Under the pieces are notes generated by a model. That model saw only the letters and a list, made by a program, of their open reading frames with translations. It was not told the origin of the DNA and made no database searches. A stretch of DNA of 64,000 bases from an uncultured bacterium (GTDB taxonomy: Bacteria; Fidelibacterota; Marinisomatia; Marinisomatales; TCS55), in contig CAYTYA010000001.1 of the NCBI GenBank assembly GCA_964442015.1, positions 520 to 64,519 on the forward strand. The letters are read 5' to 3'. Below are positions 9,796 to 19,009 of the stretch, one piece after another (the first letter of the stretch is position 1; every line of letters begins with the position of its first letter). The position numbers and the translations under genes were made by a program.

Positions 9796-12120
9796 CTAAA
9801 ACTTATAATCTATAGTTAAGCCTAATTGTCTGGGATCTCCAAAGCTCAACCAAAGTTCATCATTATATTCAGGGGGAATTAAACCAAAGTAAAAACCCCG
9901 GACTGCATAACGTTTATCAAAAATATTGCGAGCCCACAACTTTACATCAAATTTTCTTATTGATTTTCCAAACGTTATATTAGTTAAAGAGTATGGTTCT
10001 GATTTATTATTATGACTATCAGAAAAATAGTATTCACTTTTATAAGTAGTATTCATAACAATATTATAATCTAACATTGAGAAATTTAAATCCCATGACC
10101 CCATAAATCTAGGCGCCATAGACGCTTCTCTATCCCCGCCATAATCTTGGCCATTTAATGTTTTGTAGGAAAATTTATCTACCCAAGTATCTAATACTCC
10201 AATATTGATATCAAATGATAAAGACTTAAATATATTTTGTGAATGATCAAACTCAATACCGCTATTTTTTCCCGAACCTGAGTTTCCAATATAATAAAGG
10301 AAACTATTTGGATTGCCTTCATCCTGTTGGCTTGACACTGAAACTTGTTGATTTATCCTATTACTAAAAAAAAGTGTTATATTTGTTTTATTAGTATTTG
10401 TCTTCCGCTTTAATCCAAATTCAAGACTCTGAATAAATTCAGGTTCATAAGGCCGACTTGAATCAGATAAATAAGGCTGTTGGTTTATGCCTCCCGATTT
10501 ATACCCTTGAGAAAATGAACTATAATAACTAGTAAAAATATTTTTATGATATGTAAAAGCACCTCGATATCCAATCATTCTATTCTTATCATTAAATTGA
10601 ACTATATCTAAAAATACTTTTTCCCAATTTTCATTAAATCCCTGTGAGGTTCCTTTATAATAAAATTGACTCTGCTCTATTCTAATATTAGCCTTAAAAT
10701 TCAAATAAGATGAAAAATTAAATCTAAATTGTGAGTATGCAGCTATTGTTTTAATATGGAAATTACTTGTTGCATCCGTTGCGGCTCCATCAAACAACCA
10801 CCCTATTGCTTTATCTTTTTCATTCAAATCTTTAAAATAGAATCCAAGCAGAATCGGGCCAAATGAAGATCGTAATTCATGAGTAATATTTGAACGACTT
10901 TTATTATTCTGATCAAAATATTTATACAAATAATAGCTATCTGGAAATGACTCAGGGTTCCAATCGTGATTTGTTGCCCAATAAAGACTATCCCCCCAAT
11001 CACTATCATAAGAATGTTCTAATTCAGTTTTAGTAAATGAAGTAATAAAAGTAAGATTATAATTACCATTAAAATTAGTACGAAGTGAATATCCATAAGA
11101 TGTTTGACTATCTATACCTCTATCATCACTGTACGTTTTAAAATCACTATTATTATTTGGCGCCCAAGCGTCGTATCCATTATCCAATTCCGAGTAAATA
11201 AAAGTTGCTAGAAAATTCATTTTTTTATTTGAATTAAATTTCAATTTCAATCTAGAGAAAATTTCTTCTCTCTTATTAGTATTAGATATATTTCGAGATA
11301 AATTTTCCCTAAATCCATCAATGTAATTATAACTGCCAGAAGCCCTTATATTCAAACCATCAATAGCTTTGAAATTAAAATAATTATTTATACCAAGATG
11401 ATTATCTGATCCTTTGCTTGCAGATATCCCAATTTCAGATTTTCCTATTGGGTCATTAGACTTAAGTGAAATTAATCCTGCTAAAGAATTGGCACCATAA
11501 ACAGATGATTGTGGACCTCTAAAAATCTCTATCTGATTCAAGTCAAATAAATTCCCAATCATACCTAAACCACTAAAATCCATATCATCCATTACGAAGC
11601 CCACTGAAAAATTAGGTGGTCCTTCACCAAAATAATGACTCCGTTCTCCAATGCCTCTAATTTGAAAATATCTGGGTCGACTAGTACCTCCCGCCCAATT
11701 TAAATTTGGAATTTGTTCTATTAATATTTGAAAATTATTGGCTCCAGAAGTACGAATATGATCATCTGTAAATATATGTATACTTGATACTGCATTTGTA
11801 ATGGACTCATCCGACAGTCCTGCTCTTACAATTATTTGGTCCGATTCAATAACTGTTGGGATTAGTTTTACTGATATATTTTGCTTTGCCGAAAGCAAGG
11901 TTACTTGATAAGCTATATGCGAAAATTCTAACTCTGTACCTAATGAAACATCAATAAAAAATGTGCCCTTTGCATTAGTAATAGCCCCTACTTCCCCATC
12001 TGTTATATTAACATTTTCTATAGGTTTACCACTATTTGAATCTATTACTATACCCGAAATCTGAGCAAATATAGTTGATGTAAAAAAGATTAGATCAAGA
12101 GTAATTGTTTTCCAGTGCAT
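9796..12120 (-). CDS. TonB-dependent receptor (with N-terminal carboxypeptidase-regulatory-like domain)
   Basis: 774 aa with a signal peptide, a CarbopepD_reg-like segment (ISGIVIDSNSGKPIENVNITD), plug-like motifs (IEIFRGPQSSVYGANSLAGLI) and a terminal barrel strand ending in ...LTIDYKF. Confidence 0.85.
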   Translation of the reverse strand: MHWKTITLDLIFFTSTIFAQISGIVIDSNSGKPIENVNITDGEVGAITNAKGTFFIDVSLGTELEFSHIAYQVTLLSAKQNISVKLIPTVIESDQIIVRAGLSDESITNAVSSIHIFTDDHIRTSGANNFQILIEQIPNLNWAGGTSRPRYFQIRGIGERSHYFGEGPPNFSVGFVMDDMDFSGLGMIGNLFDLNQIEIFRGPQSSVYGANSLAGLISLKSNDPIGKSEIGISASKGSDNHLGINNYFNFKAIDGLNIRASGSYNYIDGFRENLSRNISNTNKREEIFSRLKLKFNSNKKMNFLATFIYSELDNGYDAWAPNNNSDFKTYSDDRGIDSQTSYGYSLRTNFNGNYNLTFITSFTKTELEHSYDSDWGDSLYWATNHDWNPESFPDSYYLYKYFDQNNKSRSNITHELRSSFGPILLGFYFKDLNEKDKAIGWLFDGAATDATSNFHIKTIAAYSQFRFNFSSYLNFKANIRIEQSQFYYKGTSQGFNENWEKVFLDIVQFNDKNRMIGYRGAFTYHKNIFTSYYSSFSQGYKSGGINQQPYLSDSSRPYEPEFIQSLEFGLKRKTNTNKTNITLFFSNRINQQVSVSSQQDEGNPNSFLYYIGNSGSGKNSGIEFDHSQNIFKSLSFDINIGVLDTWVDKFSYKTLNGQDYGGDREASMAPRFMGSWDLNFSMLDYNIVMNTTYKSEYYFSDSHNNKSEPYSLTNITFGKSIRKFDVKLWARNIFDKRYAVRGFYFGLIPPEYNDELWLSFGDPRQLGLTIDYKF

Positions 12121-12121
12121 A

Positions 12122-12208
12122 GAGTCTCCCTACGTTGGCATTATCCATATCAGGTTCAAAGGGTTTATTCTCAGCCATTAAATATTAATTAAATAGCACC
12201 CCTTGTTA
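12122..12208 (-). promoter_or_regulatory. TPP (THI-box) riboswitch in the 5' leader of the TonB-dependent receptor
   Basis: The minus-strand RNA reads AAGGGGUGCUAUUUAAUUAAUAUUUAAUGGCUGAGAAUAAACCCUUUGAACCUGAUAUGGAUAAUGCCAACGUAGGGAGACUCU-AUG. It contains the conserved blocks GGGGUGC, CUGAGA, ACCCUUUGAACCUGAU, GGAUAAUGCC and CGUAGGGA in canonical order and spacing. I could not convincingly pair a P1 helix by eye. Confidence 0.8.
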
Positions 12209-12317
12209 TTGGAAATTTACATTCAAAGATATTTTGACCAAATAGGAAAGAAATTATGAATCTTGCCAAGATTATAATATGTAGCTAGTTTCTAGTAAAT
12301 AACTTTGAAATAGAAAT

Positions 12318-14165
12318 ATGAAAAATGAAATTACTTTAAAGGCAGTAGTGCTTGGGATAATATTATCTATGTTACTATCTGGAGCCATGGCATATCTAGG
12401 TTTATTTGCGGGAATGACTGTATCCGCATCAATCCCAGCTGCTGTACTATCAATGGGGATACTTTCTCTATTTAAAAAATCAAATATATTAGAGAATAAT
12501 TTAGTGCAAACAGCTGCTTCTGCAGGTGAATCTCTTGCTGCTGGTGTAATTTTTACTATCCCAGCTTTAATATTAATGGGATATTGGAATAGTTTTGATT
12601 ATTTAGAAGTAGCAAAAATCTCAGCTATTGGTGGCATCATTGGAGTAATGTTTACTGTGCCTTTACGAAGAGCTTTTATTTTGGTTGCAAATCTTCAATA
12701 TCCTGAAGGTATTGCAACAGCAGAAGTACTAAAAGCAGGCGATAAAGCTAGAAAAGCTTCTGATATTGATTCTAGAAATGGATTAAAAATGATCCTTATG
12801 TCTAGTTTAGCTGGTGGAATAATGAAATTATCAGAACTTGGTTTTTCTATGTGGAATGTTGTTCTAGAAAAAGCAATAAATTTTGGAAACGTAATATTTG
12901 GATTAGGTACAAATTTATCACCTGCTTTACTTTCTGTTGGGTTTATTGTAGGAAGGAATATTGGTATACTAGTCGTATGCGGCGGTCTTATTTCCTGGGG
13001 TATTGCTATACCTATATATTCTGCTATCAATGGGTTTGAAGGTGATCCGTTGAATGCAGCATATTCTATATGGAACTCTAAAATAAGATATTTGGGTGTT
13101 GGAGCTATGGTTATAGGTGGAATATGGTCACTGATTAAACTTTTTAACCCTCTTATTATTGGAATCAAAGATAGTTTAAAAGCTTTAAAAGAGGTAAAAA
13201 CAACGACTCCAAATGAAGAGAAAGATATTCCTATTAATTATGTTGGAATAGTTTTACTTATTATGCTAATACCAGTTTTTCTTCTTTATTTAGATATAAT
13301 TCAATCTATAGGCATAGCAATTATTCTAACATTTATATTGATGATTTTTGGTTTTTTATTTTCTGCTGTGGCAGCATATATGGCTGGTGTTGTAGGGTCA
13401 TCAAACAATCCAATTTCAGGTGTTACAATAGCAACCATTTTATTTTCATCTCTTTTATTACTGTTCCTTTTAGGTTCTAATAATAATACTGGTCCTGCTG
13501 GAGCAATAATGATAGGAGCAATTGTATGTTGTGCTGCAGCAATTGGTGGAGACAACTTACAAGATTTGAAAACTGGATATATAGTTGGAGCAACACCCTG
13601 GAAACAGCAAATCATGCAAATTGTTGGTGTCCTAAGTGCTGCTATCGTCCTTGGGCTTGTTTTGGATATTTTGCATACAGCATATACTATAGGATCGACC
13701 TCATTGTCAGCTCCGCAAGCTACACTAATGAAATCTGTTGCTGATGGTGTATTTAATGGTAATCTTCCTTGGAATTTTGTTTATATAGGTGCTGCCATAG
13801 CTATTATCATTATTCTATTAGATATTAGGCAGGAAAAACGTGGTTCAGAATTTCGCATACCAGTATTAGCCGTTGCAGTTGGAATATATTTGCCAATTGA
13901 ATTAACAGTGCCGATTTTTATTGGAGGGATGATTAATCATCTCGCTAAAAAGACTGGAACTTCTACATCTTCTGAGGAAAATGGTCTACTTCTCGCTTCA
14001 GGGTTAATTACTGGAGAAACTTTAATGGCAATTTTTATTGCAATACCCATCTTTGTAACAGGAAGCAAAGATTGGTGGCCATCATTCCCTGGATATGATA
14101 TCCTGGGAGTGTGTTCTTTTCTTGCTGTTATTTATTGGATTTACAATACAGCGATAAAGAAATGA
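12318..14165 (+). CDS. OPT family oligopeptide transporter-like permease
   Basis: 615-aa polytopic protein with the OPT-type motif GGDNLQDLKTGYIVGATPWKQQ. Confidence 0.65.
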   Translation: MKNEITLKAVVLGIILSMLLSGAMAYLGLFAGMTVSASIPAAVLSMGILSLFKKSNILENNLVQTAASAGESLAAGVIFTIPALILMGYWNSFDYLEVAKISAIGGIIGVMFTVPLRRAFILVANLQYPEGIATAEVLKAGDKARKASDIDSRNGLKMILMSSLAGGIMKLSELGFSMWNVVLEKAINFGNVIFGLGTNLSPALLSVGFIVGRNIGILVVCGGLISWGIAIPIYSAINGFEGDPLNAAYSIWNSKIRYLGVGAMVIGGIWSLIKLFNPLIIGIKDSLKALKEVKTTTPNEEKDIPINYVGIVLLIMLIPVFLLYLDIIQSIGIAIILTFILMIFGFLFSAVAAYMAGVVGSSNNPISGVTIATILFSSLLLLFLLGSNNNTGPAGAIMIGAIVCCAAAIGGDNLQDLKTGYIVGATPWKQQIMQIVGVLSAAIVLGLVLDILHTAYTIGSTSLSAPQATLMKSVADGVFNGNLPWNFVYIGAAIAIIIILLDIRQEKRGSEFRIPVLAVAVGIYLPIELTVPIFIGGMINHLAKKTGTSTSSEENGLLLASGLITGETLMAIFIAIPIFVTGSKDWWPSFPGYDILGVCSFLAVIYWIYNTAIKK

Positions 14166-15229
14166 AAATAAATGCATCGTTACTTCAAAGGCTTCCCAAA
14201 GTTGAACTTCATTGTCATCTTGATGGTTCATTAAGGATACCCACAATTATTGATTTAGCAAATCAAGATAAAATTAATATTCCTACGTCGAATCCTGATC
14301 AATTATCCAAACTCTTAACTATTGGCAAAAAAAGGGGATCTTTAGAAGAATATATTAAAAGGTTTGATATTACTTTAAGCGTAATGCAAACACCGCAAGC
14401 ACTTGAAAGAACTTCTTATGAATTAATTGAAGATGTTTCAAAAGAAAATGTTCGGTATATAGAAGTTCGATATTCACCTATCTTACATACAGAAAAAGGA
14501 ATGACAATTAGTGACTCTGTCGATGCTGTAAGAGCAGGGTTAAAACGTGGAGAAAAAGATTTTGGTGTCAAATCAGGTATCATAGTATGTGGCATCAGAA
14601 ACATATCTTCAGAAGCATCATTAAAACTTGCAGACTTAACTGTTCGCTATAAAAATAAAGGTGTTGTTGGTTTTGACTTAGCAGGAGCTGAAGAAAATTA
14701 TCCTGCAAAAGATCATAGAGAAGCTTTTTATATGATTTTGAATAATAATATAAATGCAACAATTCATGCTGGAGAGGCATTTGGACCCAGTTCTATTCAT
14801 CAAGCAATCCACCACTGTGGAGCTCACCGAATTGGTCATGGAACAAGACTTAAGGAAGATAAAGATTTAATGAATTATGTAAATGACCATCGCATAACAT
14901 TAGAAGTATGCTTGACATCTAATTGGCAAACACGCTCTATTAGATCGTTGAAGTTTCATCCATTAAAATTTTATTATGATCAAGGAATTAGAGTCACACT
15001 CAATACAGATAATCGATTAATGTCAGGGACTAACCTTACTAATGAATATTTACTTGCTCATAAGTTATTTGGATTTAAGCTACATGACTTTAGAGAAATG
15101 ATTATTATGGCTACAAAGAGTGCATTTATTCCTTATAATGAGCGAAAACAGATCATAAGAGAAATTGCAAATGAATTAGAACAAGATTTTGGTTTGATGC
15201 CTGAATTTGTTAATAGGAAAACATTATAA
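14162..15229 (+). CDS. add: adenosine deaminase
   Basis: LPKVELHCHLDGS, HAGE and VTLNTDNRLMSG motifs. I chose the ATG at 14162 (MKINASLLQ), which overlaps the OPT stop as ATGA, rather than the track start at 14111. Confidence 0.9.
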   Translation: MKINASLLQRLPKVELHCHLDGSLRIPTIIDLANQDKINIPTSNPDQLSKLLTIGKKRGSLEEYIKRFDITLSVMQTPQALERTSYELIEDVSKENVRYIEVRYSPILHTEKGMTISDSVDAVRAGLKRGEKDFGVKSGIIVCGIRNISSEASLKLADLTVRYKNKGVVGFDLAGAEENYPAKDHREAFYMILNNNINATIHAGEAFGPSSIHQAIHHCGAHRIGHGTRLKEDKDLMNYVNDHRITLEVCLTSNWQTRSIRSLKFHPLKFYYDQGIRVTLNTDNRLMSGTNLTNEYLLAHKLFGFKLHDFREMIIMATKSAFIPYNERKQIIREIANELEQDFGLMPEFVNRKTL

Positions 15230-15238
15230 TTAACTTAT

Positions 15239-17590
15239 TTATTTTTCTATTACAGCAATCTTTTCATAAGCATAATTTCCTTTAAGCTCTGTAAAGCTAA
15301 TTAAATATATACCTGTATTAACCCATTGTCCCTTATCATCTTTTCCATCCCAAAAAGCCTGATATCCATTTACTCCTTGATTAGAAGCAGGAAGTGTTCT
15401 CAATACTTTACCCGTAATTGTAAGTACTTTGCAAATAGTACCATCCATCAAGCCGTCTATAACAAGAGGCGAGTTGTTTGGTAAGGTATATGGACTAGGG
15501 AAAATTTTTATATTATTATAGTTTTTTTTCGGTACGGCGAAAGGAATACGTAATACACTAATTCCATTATTTGTTGATATATAGGCAAGGCCATCTTTGT
15601 CAAAAGCTATGTCTGATACTTCATTTGATAATAGTAAACTGTTATTTTCATTGATACCTTCAATATCTGGCCAATAAGTTGAAGACTCAGTAAGTATATG
15701 AACTCCATCTGTTGGAGATGAAGCCCAAATATTATTTCTAGAATCAATATGTAGCTTAGAACCTTTACCAAATGAAATATTTGGAAAATATGTATATCCA
15801 TATTTTTTAACAGGATCTGAATTAGAATATTGTAGAGTTATTTGCTTTAATCCAATTGGAGTTAACATATATAGAATATCTTCATTATTTATCACTAATG
15901 ACCAAACTGTATTATTATTGTATCCAGGGTTTATATCAATATGACCCCAATCAATAGATGATGGTTCTAAGATGCTGCCTTCATAATCCATAAATGCTAG
16001 ACCACCATTTCTTGCTGGGGGACTATTTAAATCATCTTCAAAGGATCCAATCCAAACACGATTAAATGAATCAAATCCAATTGTATTTGGAGTATAACTT
16101 AAATAATTCTTTGAGCTAGCTAAACTAATCGATTTCCATACATTACTCATATCTCTTATAGCTATTGGCTCTCCTCTAGTAGTTGCATAAGCATTTGCTG
16201 CCCACATTACACCAGACTGATCAAACTCAATATCCTTTACTATCATATATTCATCTGCATAATAATCTAAAAATGCGGTGTCAATAAGAGTAAAATTATT
16301 CAGATCGTCAATATCAATAATTACAATACCACCACCATGTCTTCTTGGTTCAGGATATGTGCCACGTATTGCGCAATATAGTAATCCATCTGGGCCTTGT
16401 TCTAAATCTGAAATAAATCCACCAAAATTTATTGGTAAATAATCAATCACATATTTCGAGGGGTCAAAAGAAGCAGAAATGTTTATTTCATCTGCTTCAG
16501 AAATATTTCTCCATCCCCATGTTTCTTTAATAGAAATACCAAATTTTGAACCTGCAACTAGACGTCCATCATCCAACACAGTTAAAGCGGATATTTGATT
16601 TGTTAAAGGCGCATTTGGAATTTCATGGTTAATTGTCTTAGTATTTTTATCTAAAACTAGAATTCCTTGTTGGGATCCAATATATAATTGATCTTTTGAA
16701 AACCCTGCAAGAGAGGTAAAAGAATAATCATAATCTGTATTCAAATTCCATTCTATTCCTGAATTATTTAATTTTATTATTTTTGAATCAAGAATTCCCC
16801 AAAAGATTCCTTCAGAATCTTTAATAATTTCTATTAATTGTTCGGATGGATCTAAAAAATCCCAAATTCTTTCTAATGAGATCTGTTCAGCAAGATTTAA
16901 AACATATATATTATTATTATATACTAATAATATATTATTAGTATCTGATTCTATAAGACGAACCTCTCCAAACAATTCTGTTTCAAATTGACGCCAATTA
17001 TCAGGGTCTTTTAAATTTAATTCTTTCCAATTTCCGATTAATAGACCTTGGTCTGTGCCAACTAATATGTTCTCATCTGAAATTTCGATAGAGTTTATTG
17101 AATCGAAATTTATAGGCCAGTTCCTATATATATCTCTATAAATCCATTCATTATTAGAAAAAATGAATTCCATAAGACCCCAGTCTTGATTATCCAGAAA
17201 TGCTACAAAACAAATAGAGTCTGTATTTGAAATGTCGATAATTTCAGTTAATCCAAAATCGAAATGTGCAATGCTTTGATAATTATTCATATTATATATC
17301 TGAACAAAACCATTTGGCGAAACGCCTCCTAGCCATATAAGACTATCATTACCTACTTCAACAACATTAATGGCTGTGCCTTCTAATTGGTTAACAACAG
17401 TTAAAGTTGAAAAACTGTTTTGATACTTGTTATACAGAAGAATTCCACCATCAGTTGCGCAAATAATTAGATTATTATATTCAGTCAAATCATTTATATG
17501 TAAAGGAGATGTATATGCCTTCCAATCTCCTATTCTAGATTGAGATAGTAATAATCCAGCAAGCAAAATATTTATATAAAAACTTTTCAT
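15239..17590 (-). CDS. secreted double beta-propeller protein with T9SS C-terminal sorting domain (PorZ-like candidate)
   Basis: 783 aa with a signal peptide and many Reg_prop-like blades (NILVGTDQGLLIG, QLYIGSQQGILVLD, NRVWIGSFED, NNIWASSPTDGVHIL, GLAYISTNNGISVLRI). The C-terminus (IKIFPSPYTL...WDGKDDKGQWVNTGIYLISF) matches the T9SS/FlgD-Ig-like CTD pattern. Size and architecture resemble PorZ. Confidence 0.55.
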   Translation of the reverse strand: MKSFYINILLAGLLLSQSRIGDWKAYTSPLHINDLTEYNNLIICATDGGILLYNKYQNSFSTLTVVNQLEGTAINVVEVGNDSLIWLGGVSPNGFVQIYNMNNYQSIAHFDFGLTEIIDISNTDSICFVAFLDNQDWGLMEFIFSNNEWIYRDIYRNWPINFDSINSIEISDENILVGTDQGLLIGNWKELNLKDPDNWRQFETELFGEVRLIESDTNNILLVYNNNIYVLNLAEQISLERIWDFLDPSEQLIEIIKDSEGIFWGILDSKIIKLNNSGIEWNLNTDYDYSFTSLAGFSKDQLYIGSQQGILVLDKNTKTINHEIPNAPLTNQISALTVLDDGRLVAGSKFGISIKETWGWRNISEADEINISASFDPSKYVIDYLPINFGGFISDLEQGPDGLLYCAIRGTYPEPRRHGGGIVIIDIDDLNNFTLIDTAFLDYYADEYMIVKDIEFDQSGVMWAANAYATTRGEPIAIRDMSNVWKSISLASSKNYLSYTPNTIGFDSFNRVWIGSFEDDLNSPPARNGGLAFMDYEGSILEPSSIDWGHIDINPGYNNNTVWSLVINNEDILYMLTPIGLKQITLQYSNSDPVKKYGYTYFPNISFGKGSKLHIDSRNNIWASSPTDGVHILTESSTYWPDIEGINENNSLLLSNEVSDIAFDKDGLAYISTNNGISVLRIPFAVPKKNYNNIKIFPSPYTLPNNSPLVIDGLMDGTICKVLTITGKVLRTLPASNQGVNGYQAFWDGKDDKGQWVNTGIYLISFTELKGNYAYEKIAVIEK

Positions 17591-17591
17591 C

Positions 17592-18440
17592 CTATATTTG
17601 AAATGGAGTTGGAATAAAACATAATATGAAAATTAGCAAACACAAATATCCTATATATTTATTTTTCTTAGATAATGGTGTGAGAATATCCTGAATAGGC
17701 GGATGTTTTGCAGAACGCATCAATAAAAATATTAATAAACCCCAAACCAGCCAATTCAAAGATAAAAAACTAAGAGGAAATAAAGCTCCAAGAGCAATCC
17801 ATCCAACAAGTCCCTGTTTATTTCCCAACATTGCATACGCTATATGTCCTCCATCTAATTGACCAATTGGTAATAAGTTTAGCATAGTGACTAATAATCC
17901 AATCCATCCGGCAAATGCAATAGGATGTAGTAGAATATCGTACCCATCACTAAGGTCTGGGAAAATAATATACGTAAAAATTTTCATTAATAAAGAATCA
18001 CCTAAAATAATGCCTTTGTATTGATCATTTATTGCTATTACATCTGATAATAATAAACCAATGATTAATGCTGGCACAGCAATAATAAAACCTGCAATAG
18101 GACCCGCTGCGCCAATTTGTAAAAGAGCATCTTTTCTATAAATAGGGGATTTTATTTTTATAAATGCACCAAATGTGCCGATAATAAATAAGTATGGAGG
18201 GGCAGGTAAAAAATATGGTAAAGTTGCATCTACATTATGTTTTACAGCGTAATAATAGTGCCCAAACTCATGACAACCTAATATTAACATTAATGTCATA
18301 GAAAAAGGTATCCCCCAAATTATATCAACGGGGTTAGCTAAAGGGTTACCTCCTTGCATAACAGAACCTGCTATAAGAGTTGATATAATTGTTAAAAAGA
18401 ATAAAACCAAATGAGCCTTAGAGATATTTGGAAATTTCAT
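17592..18440 (-). CDS. site-2 protease family (M50) membrane metalloprotease
   Basis: HExxH motif in a TM helix (GCHEFGHYYYA) plus a second motif NLLPIGQLDGGH. 282-aa polytopic protein. Confidence 0.75.
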   Translation of the reverse strand: MKFPNISKAHLVLFFLTIISTLIAGSVMQGGNPLANPVDIIWGIPFSMTLMLILGCHEFGHYYYAVKHNVDATLPYFLPAPPYLFIIGTFGAFIKIKSPIYRKDALLQIGAAGPIAGFIIAVPALIIGLLLSDVIAINDQYKGIILGDSLLMKIFTYIIFPDLSDGYDILLHPIAFAGWIGLLVTMLNLLPIGQLDGGHIAYAMLGNKQGLVGWIALGALFPLSFLSLNWLVWGLLIFLLMRSAKHPPIQDILTPLSKKNKYIGYLCLLIFILCFIPTPFQI

Positions 18441-18601
18441 AATATTTTTCTATTCATTTATACACGTTAAAAGAATTTCATCATATAATTAATCAATTAT
18501 TAATAATAAATATTAAATAATTATACTTCTATCTTTTAATAATGATCCTAAAATAATCCGAGAATACTTTTCCTTTTGATTTTATATTTAGCTTACGAAT
18601 T

Positions 18602-19009
18602 TTGCATATGAATATAATGTTATTCTTAGGAATCCTTACTTTTCTTTATGGAAGCGATAATAATCAAGATCTTCTTCATATTGATGTTAGAGAAAGGCTT
18701 GTAAATAATAATCAGATTCGTATCGTAGTCCAAATTGATAATAATTCCAAAAGAGAAATAACCGAGATAGATGGGTTTTTATTACAAATAAACAATAAAG
18801 GAAATATAATAACTGAAAAACGGATAACTTTCTTGGAAGCTACTGATGGGCTACTAAAACCAAAACAATCAGTTTCTAAATTTATAGTCTTCCCATTAAA
18901 TCAAATTCGTCCTGATCATTATGAGTTCTATATTGGAAAAGTACGATTTCAAAATGATTATCGAGTTTATACTTACCATCCAGCTATAGGGTTTTATCGA
19001 GTGGACTAA
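18602..19009 (+). CDS. hypothetical secreted protein
   Basis: 135 aa with an N-terminal hydrophobic signal-like segment. No family recognised. The start may instead be 18608. Confidence 0.4.
   Translation: MHMNIMLFLGILTFLYGSDNNQDLLHIDVRERLVNNNQIRIVVQIDNNSKREITEIDGFLLQINNKGNIITEKRITFLEATDGLLKPKQSVSKFIVFPLNQIRPDHYEFYIGKVRFQNDYRVYTYHPAIGFYRVD

Noticed and set aside
12209-12317. Second regulatory RNA or clear promoter elements in the divergent region between the riboswitch and the OPT gene
   Set aside because: Only AT-rich sequence with a trivial 4-bp-arm palindrome (cttgccaag) is present. Hexamer matches are not distinguishable from background.
12695-13168. 157-aa minus-strand ORF. Similar antisense ORFs lie at 1727-1993, 2141-2338, 2602-2790, 13301-13615, 45600-45881, 46212-46487 and 50861-51175.
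   Set aside because: All are fully contained antisense within strongly supported genes (OPT, DASS, aconitase, maf). They are rich in Ile/Pro/Ser, as expected from the reverse frames of AT-rich coding sequence.
14111-14161. Upstream extension of add (track start MFFSCCYLLDLQYSDKE), and likewise 2902-2937 for the small TM protein
   Set aside because: The extensions overlap the preceding genes by more than 25 nt and add non-conserved residues. The internal ATGs give canonical N-termini and ATGA-type coupling.
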